A stretch of DNA of 64,000 nt. Origin: Octopus vulgaris (Eukaryota). A program made the position numbers and the translations under genes. How positions within the stretch are numbered: the stretch's first letter is position 1; each line of letters begins with the position of its first letter. This document shows, piece by piece, positions 13,898 through 30,029 of this stretch. The DNA is taken from assembly GCA_951406725.2 (NCBI GenBank), contig OX597833.1, positions 66,526,001-66,590,000 on the forward strand, written 5' to 3'. The notes under the pieces are model-generated. The model saw only the letters and a program-made list of their open reading frames with translations. It searched no databases and was not told the origin of the DNA.

Positions 13898-14130
13898 TGC
13901 AGCAACAATAACAACTACAGCAGCATCAACAACAACAACAACTGCAGTAGCATCAGCAGCCGCAGCAGCATCAACAACAACAACAACAGCAACAGCAACA
14001 GTAACAACAACAACAACAACAACCACACCAACAACAACCACAACAACAACAAACAGCAGCAACAACAATAAGAGAAACACTAACAGCAGCAGCAGCAGTA
14101 ACGACAACAACAGCAACAACAACAACACTA
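13665..14130 (+). repeat. Imperfect (CAA/CAG)n microsatellite
   Basis: Seen directly. The polyQ frame is interrupted by TAA stops. Confidence 0.9.
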
Positions 14131-14784
14131 TCAAAGCACCGTTTGCGTGTTTGGAAACGGAAAGATCGCCATAACGATTCCTCCTCGGTCGCCCCACCCG
14201 CTCCGCCGCTCCGCCGCTCCGCCGCCCCGCTCCGCCCCTCCTCCGCCCTCACCCTGGCTGTTTGTTGTTTCAGTTTCGGTAAAAAAATTAAAAAAAAAGA
14301 AAAAGTCGCGTTTTATGTGCTGCCATTTGTTGCATGTTTCACCGTTATTTGCTGCTGCACCATCAAATGCACTTCTGCTTTTTCGGAATGTTGCTCGTGT
14401 GCCGTTATTGTCATTGGTTTGCAATAGAAAGACCCAACAACAACAAAAAAAATACCAAAAAAAAAAACCTTCCCCCCCAAAAAAAAACCCAAAAAAGAAA
14501 TAATAAAAAAAAAAACACTCCCCCCCCCACCACCACCACGCAAAAAAAAAAAAAAAATACGTTTGTTCTATACTCTGATGTTTGGTTCGTTTGTTTCCTG
14601 TAACAGAATTTGCCAAAAAGAAACAAAAAGAAAAAAGAAACAAAGGAAGAAAAACAAAAAAGTTTAGGAAAAAAGGAAAAAACCAAAAAAAAAAAGAAAG
14701 AAGGAAAAAATATTCGAGTCACAGCAAAGAGTTACAGATGTGAGAGAGTTTTTATACGGGAGAGAATAAAAAAAATGTGACTGT

Positions 14785-14803
14785 GTTGTTGCTGCTGCTG
14801 CTG

Positions 14804-14842
<39 letters not shown>

Positions 14843-14890
14843 TCACTACTACCATCACTACTACAACCACCACCACCACCAACAACATCA

Positions 14891-14921
<31 letters not shown>

Positions 14922-15061
14922 AACTACTACTACTACTATTACTACTACTACCACCATTACTACTAAAACCACCACCACCAACACCACCACCACCATCACC
15001 ATCACTACCAGCACAAACAACCATCACCACCACCACCACCACCACCACCACCACCACCACA

Positions 15062-15138
<77 letters not shown>

Positions 15139-15141
15139 CAT

Positions 15142-15174
<33 letters not shown>

Positions 15175-15190
15175 CACTACTACTACAACA

Positions 15191-15266
<76 letters not shown>

Positions 15267-15290
15267 TATCGCCCTCATCATCATCATCGA
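14785..15290 (+). repeat. (ACT)n/(ACC)n microsatellite
   Basis: Seen directly. Confidence 0.95.
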
Positions 15291-15334
15291 TTTGCCGGGG
15301 TCGACTTTTTTGTCATTGGTAGGAATTGAAAAAC

Positions 15335-15720
15335 TGCTACGTTCTCAGTTCAAATTCTGCCGAAGTCGACTTTCCCACTCATCCTCTCGGGTTCGATGAA
15401 ATAGGAACTATTTGAACACTAGGGTCGATATAATCGACTCATCCCCACCTCTTCCCAGCTGCCCTTGTGTCAAAAATGTGAACTATCATCGATACTACTA
15501 AGGCGGAAAGATGACAGAATCGTTGGCGCACCGAGAAAATTACATCACGCCATTTCGTTCGTCTTTAAAGTTCTGAGTTCAAATTACGCCAACGTCGTCT
15601 TTGACTTTCGCTTTTTTTTCTCGGGGTCGATAAAATAAGTACCAGTTATACAACAGAGTCGATGTAATCGACCAGCGCCCCACCCTCTAAATGCTGGCAC
15701 CGTACCAAAATTTAAAACAA
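15335..15720 (+). mobile_element. Two degenerate SINE family A copies (alternative tail)
   Basis: GTTCT(C/G)AGTTCAAATT..GGGTCGATAAAATAAGTACCAG, with tail resembling GCCCTTGTGTCAAAA. Confidence 0.75.
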
Positions 15721-15824
15721 TTGTTATTAACCCCAGCACCTCTGTGTGTAATATCATCTTTTGACACTGTGCTCGATGTTTTAGATGGTCGGGGGAAATA
15801 AAATAATTTATACTCTTCCCCTGC

Positions 15825-16312
15825 ATTCTCCTCCTCCTCCTTATCCTCCTCATCCTTCCTCCTCCTCCTTATCCTCTTCCTTCTTCCTCCTCTTCCTTCC
15901 TCCTCCTCCTCCTCCTCCTCCTCTTCTCCTCCTATTCCTCCTTCTCCTCCCCTTCCTCCTTCCTCCATTTCCCTCTCCCCCTCCCCCTCCTTCTCCTCTT
16001 CTTCCTCCTTCTCTTCTTCCTCCTTCTCCTCTTCTTCCTTCTTCTCCTCTTCTCCCAATCCCCTCCTCCCCACCCCATCTCCCCTCTTCCTCTTTCTCCT
16101 CTTCTCCATTCTTCTCCTCCTCCTCTTCCTCCTTCTCCTCTTCTTCCTTCTTCTCCTCCTCTTCCCCACCTCTTCCTCATCATCCTCTTCACCTTCTTCT
16201 CCACCTCTTCCTCCTTCTCTTCCCCTTCCTCCTTCTCCTCCTCTTCCACCTCTTCCTCATCATCATTATCACCACCACCACCACCACCACCACCACCACC
16301 ACCACCACCACC

Positions 16313-16365
<53 letters not shown>
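15825..16365 (+). repeat. Polypyrimidine (CCT/CTT)n tract followed by (ACC)n(ATC)n
   Basis: Seen directly. Confidence 0.95.
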
Positions 16366-16635
16366 TAGTTACTTTGTTAATTATTATGTTGCTATAGCTG
16401 CTGTTTATTCAGAAACTGTATAATTTAAGCCAGAATCGTATTAATGCAGCACAATTCGTCAACAACGTTAAGTATGAAACTGCCGAACGAAATATGAGGA
16501 AATATACAGAAAAAAAAATTATATAAAAAGTGAAAAACAAATACATAAATAAAAATAAAAACTTATGAGATAGTAATAATAATAAAAATAATCACCAACA
16601 CCACATTGAAACACTTCCTCCTCCACCTCCTCTTC

Positions 16636-16678
<43 letters not shown>

Positions 16679-16819
16679 GTAGTAGTAGTAGTAGTAGTAG
16701 TATAGTAGTAGTAATATCGTGATATCAACAGTGAGGAAAAACAGAAAGACAAATGTGTTATCAAGTAAGAATTGAAAGTTTGGTACAACCCGCCATCAAA
16801 AAATCTCTAATAAAAAGAG

Positions 16820-16875
<56 letters not shown>

Positions 16876-16893
16876 CATACATATATATATGTT

Positions 16894-16963
<70 letters not shown>

Positions 16964-17167
16964 TATATGTATATATATACATATATATATATATAAAATA
17001 TATGTATATATATATGTATATATATGTATTTATATACATATATGTATATATATATATACATATATGAATATATATATATATACATATATATATGTATATA
17101 TATATATGTATATAGGGTGAAAAGGAACTATATACATATGTATATGTATATATATATATACATACAT

Positions 17168-17260
<93 letters not shown>

Positions 17261-17979
17261 TGTGTGTTGTGCTTGTGTGCGTAGATGGTGTGGTTTGTGC
17301 TTGTGTGCGTAATGTGAAAAAAACATAACAAGAATCAAAGCGAAATTAAATAAAAAAAAAGCATAACAAATATAATTAAACGTAAAAAAGTAAATCACTA
17401 CCCTTACAGCCAGTAAAGATTGCAGCAAGGAAAAAAAAATGCAAAAAAGAACACCACCACCACCATCACCACCCACCACCAGTACAACCAACAACAACAG
17501 CAACAACAACAACGACATCGAAGTAATGACAGGAAAAAGAAAAAGATAAAAATATAAAAATAAACTGCGTGGATATACTCGAGACGGCTAGAAAAGAAAA
17601 ATGGCTGCAACGGCGAAGAAAGGCAAACGACGCTCTCTGAGTGTTATTCAACATTGCCACTTGGAATATCTTACAATATCTCCTCATATCAGCTACAATT
17701 AACCGTTTTATGATATATTGTTGGAAATATTGACCTTCAACAACCTATTTCAAAAGAACATAATCAATTATCTCAATTGTTAATGGAGAATTCGCCATCT
17801 TGTATCACGCAGTGTCTTGTGTGTGCTTTCCTCACATCTTTGATACGTTGGTCTATGTGGGTTCGTGTGTATACGTGTGTGTATGTATGTGTATGTGTAG
17901 GTATGTATAGGAGCGTGTGTGAGTGTAAAATGTGTGTAGTTTTTTTTTGTATTCATATATCTATATTTAAATGTACCTA

Positions 17980-18011
<32 letters not shown>

Positions 18012-18055
18012 CATATGCATATATATATATATATATATATTTATATCTATATCTA

Positions 18056-18092
<37 letters not shown>

Positions 18093-18295
18093 CTATATAT
18101 ATGCATGTATGTTTGTGCGTATGTATGTATGTATATATATGTATGCATGTATGTGTGTATGTGTATACATATATGTATATATATTTGTATTATAGACATA
18201 GATCTAATGTATATACACCTATACTTGATTTAATATACGTATACATATTTAATGTATCTACAATACCACAATATATTGATATATGTATATATGTC

Positions 18296-18365
<70 letters not shown>

Positions 18366-18427
18366 GAGATATAGACGTGTGTGAGGTATATGCCCAGATA
18401 TGTATGAGAGCATATATGTATATATAT

Positions 18428-18840
18428 CCTCTTTTACTCTTTTACTTGTTTCAGTTATTTGACTGCGGCCATGCTGGAGTATAGCCTTTAGTCGAGCAAA
18501 TCGACCCCAGGACTTATTCGTTGTAAGCCTAGTACTTATTCTATCAGACTCGTTTGCTGAACCACTAACGCACCAGCATCAGTTTTCAAGCGATGTTGGG
18601 GGTGGGGGTGGGGGGGCAAACACAGACACGCCAATATAACACTCATACATATATATATATATATATACATATATACATATATACTACAGGCATCTTTCAG
18701 TTTCTTTCTACCAAATCCACTCACAAGGCTTTGGTCGCCCGACGCTATAGTAGAAGACACTTGCACAAGGTGCCATGCACTGGGACTGAACTCGGAACCA
18801 TGTAGTTGGTAAGCAAGCTACTTACCACACAGCCACTCCT
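18428..18840 (-). mobile_element. SINE family B, near full-length
   Basis: Tail CTTTTACTCTTTTACTTGTTTCAG..GCGGCCATGCTGGAG through head CTTACCACACAGCCACTCCT. Confidence 0.9.
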
Positions 18841-18867
18841 ACATACATACATATATACATACATACA

Positions 18868-18903
<36 letters not shown>

Positions 18904-19089
18904 CACACAAACGCATTCATATCGTTATTCATGTATACATACACACATATCAATGAGTTTGCAAACGTAAGTGGAACTCAGTACATGAACTGGAGTATAT
19001 ATGCACATTTTCATTACATTAGAAGCTTTTCCCCGTGTTCAAGGCCCGACCTCTAACCGAGGCTCTTATTGGTTTTCAGGCAATATTCA

Positions 19090-19298
19090 CGCCGTTAGAT
19101 CGTTAGCTCCTACACGCATTTTTTTATCCCCTTGTTTCTCTCCTTGTTTTTTTTTTCTGTGTATCTTTCTGTCGAAGAGCGCAGGCTTGAAACGTAAAAG
19201 ACTTTTTCTATTTCTATTCCTGAGCGCTATACTAATACAGTTGTTTGTTTGTACACCACCTGCCTTCGTCTTTTGTTTATTTTCGTTAACCTTCCCGT

Positions 19299-19300
<2 letters not shown>
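19090..19300 (+). mobile_element. Repeat family D (putative Penelope-like terminal repeat) with minimal hammerhead-like motif
   Basis: TCTTT-CTGTCGA-A-GAGC-gcag-GCTT-GAAA-CGTA-AAAGA at 19164-19201. Ends CTTCCCGT followed by (TA)n. Homologous to 39931-40142 and 56643-56840. Confidence 0.75.
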
Positions 19301-19329
<29 letters not shown>

Positions 19330-19681
19330 CAACAATTGAGGGTAAAATTAATTAATTATTAATCAATTTCACCAAGTGTTCAGTATGCAAAGGGACCATT
19401 TAAGGCGAATTTTTTGATGTCCTTACCCCCAAACTTTTGTGAGTTGAGTTAAGCAAACACTTTATGAGAGAGATTTTCTTTAAGTATTAGAAATAGCTTT
19501 AAAAAAGTTTTTTAGCTGCTATTTCTAATGAGTTCAGTATGCGGCAAAGCAATTTATTTTACTAAGCCCTTTTATATAATGTAATTATATATATATATAT
19601 ATATATATATTTATACATCTATGTGTATCTATTGATACATACATACACTACACACACACACACACACACTACACACGTATC

Positions 19682-19714
<33 letters not shown>

Positions 19715-20135
19715 GTATCACTCCCTCTCTCTCACTTTCCCTCTCCCCATCTATCTATATATATGTGCATGTATGTATTTGTGTGTGTGTCTGTGTGAGT
19801 ATTAGGAATACATTTATTTTTAGGGGTTTTGAATTTAATGTAAGGTTGTATTGGCTAGTTGATTCACGGGCTGTAGCACACACACTCACGCGCGCGCACA
19901 CAGTCTCTCTGTCTGTCAGTCTGTCTGTATGCACATATATTAGCCTGTGGAACAGCGTTGATTGCAGTGTGTATGTGTACAATTATATTGAATGTGCTCG
20001 CATTTACTAGGACGTAAAATCTCTATCGCTGCTGAAACTTACCCGACAGTAAAAGTTACTTCTTATAGGCAATATGTATGAAAACACACATACACACACA
20101 CATGTATATGTATATATACATGTGTGTGTGTGCGT

Positions 20136-20171
<36 letters not shown>

Positions 20172-20290
20172 TGAAAGAGAGAGGAGTGGGAAAGTGTGAG
20201 AGAGGAAATATTTGCAAGATAAAGCATGAATATATATTAAAATAAAAAAAAAATGATACCTTATTTCCCTTACTGCTCATTATCATTACC

Positions 20291-20522
20291 CGTGTCTTTA
20301 TTACCCACAAGAGGCTAAACGCAGAGGGGACAAACAAGGGCAGACAAAGTGATTAAGTCGATTACATCGACCCCAGTGCGTAATTGGTCCTTAATTTATC
20401 GACCCCGAAAGGATGAAAAGCAAAGTCGACCTCGACGGAATTTGAACTCAGAACGTAGCGGCAGACGAAATACGGCTACACATTTCATCCGGCGTGCTAA
20501 CGTTTCTGCCAACTCGCCACCT
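20291..20522 (-). mobile_element. SINE family A monomer
   Basis: Full head, body and tail. TSD ACTGCT(C/T)ATTATCATTA on both flanks. Confidence 0.9.
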
Positions 20523-20959
20523 TCAACTGCTTATTATCATTAAGATTCTTACTGAACACAGCGCAATGACAAATATAAAGCAAGCTTTGTATAAACTGTA
20601 AACATATTAGGGCGCACCAAAGTTACAAAATAGCTCGGGATATAAATTCAAAAGTTTCAGCGACCAGTCCAAATCCTCGATTTGTATTTGGACAAAAAAG
20701 GACTAAGATATTGCAAGATATATACAAAAAAGCATATATCTACCATTATCTTTATATATATTAGAAACCCATCTTGAATTATTGGTGATGGTTTGGTAGT
20801 GATGTTGCTGTTGATGGAGATGAGTTTTGTAAACTTAGACATTTCTTTTAAAGTGTGTATCGATACGTTTTCTTACATCATAGAAAATAGTGTTCAATAC
20901 TAGCCTACTTGCCTTGTGTATAATAATAGTTGTATAATCTAGAATAGAACAAATATACA

Positions 20960-21115
20960 TGCATACATGCATATATATAATCATATATGCGTGTATATAT
21001 ATATATATATATTTATATATATAAGTCACTGTATGTATATATATATATATGTTTATATATCAGTTTTATATATATATATATATATATGCGTGTAAATATA
21101 TATCTAAATGTATGC

Positions 21116-21149
<34 letters not shown>

Positions 21150-21160
21150 ATATGTATATA

Positions 21161-21216
<56 letters not shown>

Positions 21217-21477
21217 CAGATAAAGGAACACATGTATGTATGTGTGTGTACGTGTATGTGTATGTGTACGCGCGCATATGTGTGTGTTTAAGTGCGTATG
21301 TGTGTGTGTTCTTCTATATGTGTGTGTTTGCTTCTCTTCGTCTATTCCTTTATTTTCGTTAGCATTCATCGTTTCGGTCTTTAGTTTCACTTTCATTTTC
21401 TCTCTTTACCTCCCTCCCATCCCCTCTCGCCCTCTCCAACTTTTGAAGTCAGTTCTTATTCTGCCTTCATTTTACAA

Positions 21478-21535
<58 letters not shown>

Positions 21536-21784
21536 CTTACGTGTGTGTGTGTTTTGGTATTTTTCACATTTTAGAATATCCGGCAAAAAAATTCTTTGAA
21601 CGATATTTCCTACTAAACCACTTGCTAATTCCTCTGGAGTTTTGCCGATTTGCAAGAGTTGCTGTGATGTTTCCAGCAGCTCTATTAATATTTCTGTTTT
21701 CTTTATCTTTAATGCACCAAATCTATACAGGCCTGCATTCATTTATGCATGCATGCATAAATACTACATGCATATATATACATG

Positions 21785-21819
<35 letters not shown>

Positions 21820-21820
21820 T

Positions 21821-21862
<42 letters not shown>

Positions 21863-21970
21863 TATATATATATTTTTATCTATCTATTTATATACGTATA
21901 TATGTATGTGTATATATATGTGTGTCTGTGTGTCTGTGTGTATGTGTATAGGTAGGTAGATACACACATT

Positions 21971-22003
<33 letters not shown>

Positions 22004-22062
22004 TGCGTACATACATGTATAGATTATATAAACATGTACATGCAAATATATATATATACCAT

Positions 22063-22109
<47 letters not shown>

Positions 22110-22377
22110 AACATATACATATATGTGTGTGAGGCTGTGCGTGTGTGCATATGTGTGCGAGTCTGTGTGTGCACATTACAGCGGTGTATAAAATGCCGTG
22201 TATTCTATGCATTTTCTACATGTGTACACGCATTCTAAAACCATAGAGTCACCTTTACACACTTTCACACCGAAACACACTTACACACATAGAAGTGTAA
22301 CTATTTTCTATATATCTATCTGTAAATGTATGCACACATGTATGTATGTATCTAATTATACATATCATAAATATAAA

Positions 22378-22414
<37 letters not shown>

Positions 22415-22644
22415 GTAATATATGTATGTCTGTATATCTGTATGTATGTATACATGTGTGTTTGTGTGTGTATGTCTGTATTTACACAAATACAAAACAT
22501 GCTCTAACGCATAAACATATATGAAAGGAATTTAATGTATATAGATGTGTGTAGAAACGGATATATGTAAATTATGACCTAAGCATAGATATACACATCG
22601 AAAACATACATATATAACTCATATATAATGAATGCACATAAATA

Positions 22645-22695
<51 letters not shown>

Positions 22696-22827
22696 CTATA
22701 CCGGCACATTACATATATATATATGTATATACATACATGCATATATATATGTATATATGTATGTATGTATGTATTATATATATATGTATATATATATAAA
22801 TAAATATATATATATATCTACATATAC

Positions 22828-22910
<83 letters not shown>

Positions 22911-23025
22911 CATATACATATATATATATCTATATATGTATCTAAGTATATACGGAAAGGTAGATGCATGGACGGTTAGGCAGGTACTAAATGTGATATG
23001 GAAGACACAGAAATATATATAAATC

Positions 23026-23078
<53 letters not shown>

Positions 23079-23764
23079 GCATATATACGTTTGTGTACAT
23101 GCACTTATAATACACTAGCAGACTAAACACTTTGATCTATTAATAATGTACATATTACTGCAAAGTTATGTATCACAATACCATTTACTATAACACAGCG
23201 ACGCATACAATAACACATACACACAGATACTGGAAACGAACACATACCGGAAACATATATACACACACCGGAAGCACACTAACACATACACCCGTAACCA
23301 CGGACCAAAATTTCCATTCCTTTACATACATAAGTATTTCGGTCCGTCTTATACGCTGTGCTATCTGTCTTATGATACGTTCTTTGTTTTAATGTCCAAG
23401 ACTTCGTACACATATCTTTTAAGTTTGTATAGTTTACGTTTTTTTAATGAATCCTTTGTGTGTATTTTTTTTCGGTTATCTTTTTATCTTCTAACCCGCA
23501 GTTCTTAATCTCCACACCCCGACGCCCCTCCCCCACCGTTTATTGGTATTATTGTTGTTCCCGCAGTGCGTGTGTGTGAGGCTGTGTTTGTGTAAGTGTG
23601 TGTGTGTGTGTGTAATATTCTACTCGTTTCAACAACTGCAATAGTCATGTAACTTCAACACAAGAACTGACGCAGTCACGCACGAACGTGCAAATGTAGT
23701 ACACACACACACACATATATATATATAGGCACTTATACGTATAACTTGCATATGTATACTACAC

Positions 23765-23800
<36 letters not shown>

Positions 23801-23801
23801 G

Positions 23802-23839
<38 letters not shown>

Positions 23840-24056
23840 CGTACATATCTATATATACTGATATATATATATATACAGACATATATATATATATACATAT
23901 ATATACACACACACACATATATATATATATATACATATATACAGATAAATATATATATATATATTTATATAATATATATCTATACAGATATATATATATT
24001 TATGTATACAGATATATCGCTATTCTTGTGTATTTATGTAAATATACATAGACACA

Positions 24057-24125
<69 letters not shown>

Positions 24126-25043
24126 TGTGTGTGTGTGTGTGTGTGTGCGGGGAGAGAGAGAGAGCGAGAAGGTGAGGGATGTATGCATACACATTTACAG
24201 CCTTATGTGTGTGTATGTTGGTACACAGAGTTAAATAATTGCATATTTATGACCAAACATAAGCCAACACATATAGAAACACACACACACACACGCATAG
24301 ACACAGACACTTATGTACACATACACATACAAATGAACCATATATAACTCTTTTTTTTTATTTGCCTACATTTCCAGATTCTACTTCTTTCTTTTCATGT
24401 AACATTAGTAACGCTTGAGAAAATACTATTGCAACTATTGTGGTATAAACATACACGCCGACACATATATACACTCATGTTTATACACATAGTAGACAGG
24501 TAACATGTAGAATGCCGCATACACGCCTCCCCCACCCCTGCACGTACATAAATGGAAGCATTTGCAGGCTTGTGCTTTGTATTCTAGGTATTACAAACAC
24601 ACACACACATATATATATGTGTGTGTGCGTGTGTGTGTACGTGTGTGTATATTATATATACATACATGCATGTATATATAGATGTATGTATCTATGTTTT
24701 GTACATATATATGTGTATGTATGAGTGTGTATATGTATATATATATATATATATAGTATGTATCTATGTATCTCTCTATCCCTCTCTACATATATGTATG
24801 TCTATCTATATTACCAAATTTGTATAAGTATGATATACACATATATGTACTTATATATTCACATATATGTATATATATATGTAAGTATATATATATATAT
24901 ATTTATATATACCCATATATATATATATATATATATATGCACATACGCATTTATATATATATATATATGTATATAAATACATATATATAATCACATAATT
25001 CTATATATATATATATTAATATTTATAACTGTACATAAATATA

Positions 25044-25097
<54 letters not shown>

Positions 25098-25120
25098 TAT
25101 ATATATATATAGCTGTGTAC
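20960..25120. repeat. Region dominated by (TA)n/(TG)n-derived low-complexity DNA with short unique islands
   Basis: Seen directly. Confidence 0.85.
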
Positions 25121-25419
25121 ATACCTATATATCATTCCGTGTGTGCATAAAGATATATACGTTTATGTCTGTGTATCTATGAACACGTGCTTGTTTGTAT
25201 TCGTGCATGCGCGCCCCTGTGTGTATGTGTGCACGTGTATATATGTTACTACCTTAAAATCTCACAAATACATCAAGTTATATAAACATTTGCACCTAAA
25301 GAAACATGAAAAAAACACCCCACAAAAAGCAAAAAGACGAAAGCCAAACTCAAAACGAACCAAAAAGTAACAAGCAATCAAACAAGAAACAAATGATATT
25401 AATAACATCAGTGACCACA

Positions 25420-25420
25420 A

Positions 25421-25454
<34 letters not shown>

Positions 25455-25481
25455 TATGATGATAATAATAATAATAATAGT

Positions 25482-25514
<33 letters not shown>

Positions 25515-25675
25515 TATGATGATAATAATAATAATAATAGTATTAATAATAATAATAATAATAATAATGTTAATAATAATAATAATAATAATAATAGTAA
25601 TAATAATATTAATAAATAATAATAATAATGATAATGGCAATAATAATAATAATAATAATAATAATTATTATGATG

Positions 25676-25710
<35 letters not shown>

Positions 25711-25737
25711 TATGATGATAATAATAATAATAATAGT

Positions 25738-25792
<55 letters not shown>

Positions 25793-25844
25793 GTAGTAGT
25801 AGTGTTAGTCGTAGTAGTTGTAGTAATAGTAGTTGTAGTAGTAA

Positions 25845-25878
<34 letters not shown>

Positions 25879-25970
25879 TGTAGTAATATTTATGATAAAA
25901 ATAAAACTACTGAATAATATTAATAATGATAATAATAACAGCAAGAAAAAGAACCAGAATAACAACTACA

Positions 25971-26040
<70 letters not shown>

Positions 26041-26070
26041 TAAAAAATTATAATAATAATATTAATAATG

Positions 26071-26111
<41 letters not shown>

Positions 26112-26120
26112 CATAATCAT

Positions 26121-26150
<30 letters not shown>
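25420..26150 (+). repeat. (AAT)n/(AGT)n/(AAC)n microsatellite with an internal ~60-bp higher-order duplication
   Basis: Seen directly. Lines 25441-25500 and 25501-25560 are identical. Confidence 0.92.
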
Positions 26151-26151
<1 letters not shown>

Positions 26152-26742
26152 CCAACATGTTTGTTCGCCATCACAAGTTATCTTACAATGCACAAATCAT
26201 TACATGCACAAATCATTCGACTTTCGCCATTTTTCAAACATGTCCACCATCACAGATTTTATAGAAATGATTTCGTTTTTCATTTTTACAAAGAATTTTT
26301 GCATTTATTTTAATATTTTTTTTTGTGCTGTAATTTTTATATCTTCAGTTTTTTTCTTCACTTGGTCTCTTTCCTCTTTCTCTTCTTCTCTCCATTTTGG
26401 TTTTTTTTTGTTTCTTTCCTGTTCGCTTTATTTATTTATTTTTTTTTTGTTTTGGTGTTTTCGTTCTCTCTGTCCACTCTCTTCTCTGTCAACTTTGTTT
26501 CAGCCATTTTTTATGAAGAAACACAGACATATATAAAGTCTTTCTACGCACACACACACACACACACACAAACACACACGCAAACATACATACACACACA
26601 CATTTGTGTGTGCATATGCATATATTTATCAATCTCTCCCTCTCCCTCTTTACATATTTACATACATTCAGAACTCATAAACACACATAGATATATGCAC
26701 ACATACATATCTATATATATATAATATATGTATTTACACACA

Positions 26743-26781
<39 letters not shown>

Positions 26782-26878
26782 GTATATATATCTGTATACA
26801 TTTATATATATATGTGTGTGCTGAGTGTGTCTGAGAGTATATATACACACACACATACAACCATATATATATATATAA

Positions 26879-26939
<61 letters not shown>

Positions 26940-28267
26940 CATAATACATATATACATAAATATAAAGTATACACATACATACAACATCAAGTATATATAT
27001 ATATATATATATATTTTCCTATGTATACACATTTATATTTTGGGCCGCTGCTCTTTTTCTTAGCTCACTCTTTCCCACTCTTCCTCTCTTCCTCTCTCTA
27101 TCTTCCTGTCTATTATTCTCTCTCACTCACTGGCTCTTCTCTCTATTTTTAAAGCCTTTTTAAAGCACCTGTGTTATATTTTCTACCATTATTTTCTGTT
27201 CACCATTTCAGTCTTTTGCACTTTTTAATCCTTTCTGTTGGTCTGTCTGTCTCTCCCTCACACTCTCCCTCCATCCCTCCCTCCCTCCCTTCCTCCCTTC
27301 CTCTCACTAACTATCTATCTATCCCTCCTTCTCTCTCTCACATTACTCTATCTTTCCTCCATTCTCCTGATTCGTTTTGGTTTTGGTTTTAGCTTTTTGA
27401 GGATGTTTATATATTCTGTCTTCCTTCTCTCTCTCTGTCCCTCTCTCTACCTTATCCTCTCACTAACTTACCCTCTCTCCCTTTATCTCACTATCTCTTC
27501 CTCTCTCTCTCTCTCTCTCTCTCTTACGTTCTCCTCTTCCCCTTTACTTCGCCATTTATAGTCATGTCAGACGCCATGAAACCATCAATATTTTTTTCAG
27601 TGTCACAATGTTTGCTGACGAGGAAAAATGGTTTCATAGAGCCACCTACAGGCACATACACACAATTATACACGAACATACACAGACATACACACACAGA
27701 CGCGCATACACACACAGACACACACACACACACTCACACACACAACACACACAAGTACACGTGCAAAACACACAAATGTACACACTATATTAATATATAA
27801 CATGTTTATATACTGTATGCATAAATATATATATATATATGTATGTATATATATATTTATATATATATATATATATATATTTTATATATATATATTTATA
27901 TTTATATATATATTTATATATACATAATCATATATATATGTGTGTCTGAATATTTATATATATATGTGTGTGTGTGTATAGGTACACTTATGTATATAAA
28001 ACACCCACACATAATTACATATATAAATATACATAATGCAGAGACACACATACACACACATATATATATTTATACTTACACACATACACACACATATGTA
28101 TATGTACATATTCATATGTTCGTATATATTTATGAGTATGTAAGCATAGAATTTCACTGAAACTATGAACAATTTCACACACAGACAGAGAGACACACTC
28201 ACATACACGAATTCTCTCTCTCACTTTCTCTCTCTCTCATACATACACACACAATTCAACATATATA

Positions 28268-28315
<48 letters not shown>

Positions 28316-28656
28316 CTGACACACATTATTATGTTCGTGTTCAGAAAGTGTCTACTTTGTTCAGCCTGTGACCAGAAATGTATATAATACTATAAAAAGA
28401 GCAAAAATAAAAATTTTAACATCCAGACTCAAGTTGTCCACCTTTCGAAGATAGATTCGCAGCGGAGAATAAAAAAAAAAGGAAAAAATACAAGAGCAAC
28501 AGAGAGAGAGAGAGTGAGAGAGAGAGGAAGGGACATAGAGAGAGAGGGGGGGGGAAGGAGAGATGCAAGGTCGAAGGTCAATAGATATAAAGGTTAGGCA
28601 TTATTCGGAAGCCATTCAATTGTAGTCATCATTTTTCGTTCTGTTCCAATAGATCG

Positions 28657-28753
<97 letters not shown>

Positions 28754-28935
28754 ACATATATACATATATGTATATATATATAAATATATACATATATGTG
28801 CATATGTATATTATATTTATGTAGCTATATACGTATATATATTTATATTTATATATATACATGTATATATATATATATATATATTGTGTATGTGTATATA
28901 TACACATACACGCACACACGTATGTATAGATCAAC

Positions 28936-29016
<81 letters not shown>

Positions 29017-29549
29017 GATATATATGTATATATATATGTACATATGTCGTCTTGCAAACTCAGTCACACACACATATGTATGCATATGTACATACATATG
29101 TGCATACATGCGTGTGTGTGTGTGTATATATACATATATATATAAATCTGATATTGATATGATTGAAGATGCGCATGCTATGCTATCGTCAACATCATCA
29201 TCATCGTCGTCGTAGTCGCGGTGGACGTCACCATTATCACTATCACCACTACCAACGTCTTCGTCACCATCACTAGCAGCTGTCGCCATATTGTCAGGCT
29301 ATTTTTCTGTCTCACTTGGCGGGAGATCCGAATCCAATTCTTCCTACGGCTATTGGGGACTAATTAAAAGCCTGACGTCTTCGTGCTCTCTACTTGACAA
29401 CACAGAGATTATATTATCCACCGAGTATGTCATAGGTTCACAGACGGTGTCTCCACATACTCATGTGCGACTTGGAACGCTCGCGCATGCGCGCACATGC
29501 GCAAGTAATGATCTATCACTGTGCACATTTATATGAACTTGTGTGCTTA

Positions 29550-29895
<346 letters not shown>

Positions 29896-30029
29896 TTTAC
29901 AATACTCAGCAAATTATTTACTGATGTGTGCTTGTAGATACTGAAAAGGAAAAGAAATAAACCATTCGCAGAAACAATAGGAACCACAGAAGAAGCTGCG
30001 AGCATTTGGAAGCCTCCTAGTTCTCACCT

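Noticed and set aside
13658-14130. Possible polyQ/polyN exon
   Set aside because: The Q frame has TAA stops, there is no unique coding flank and no convincing splice sites were seen.
17601-17702. Short ORF MAATAKKGKRRSLS..
   Set aside because: Only 33 codons, no recognisable homology and no clear splice donor.
21560-21742. Unique-sequence ORFs on both strands (e.g. [25 protein letters not shown])
   Set aside because: No recognisable family, and the frames extend only through microsatellite.
28330-28460. Possible mariner terminal fragment
   Set aside because: Only a vague resemblance (YFEG-like on minus), with no partner TIR.
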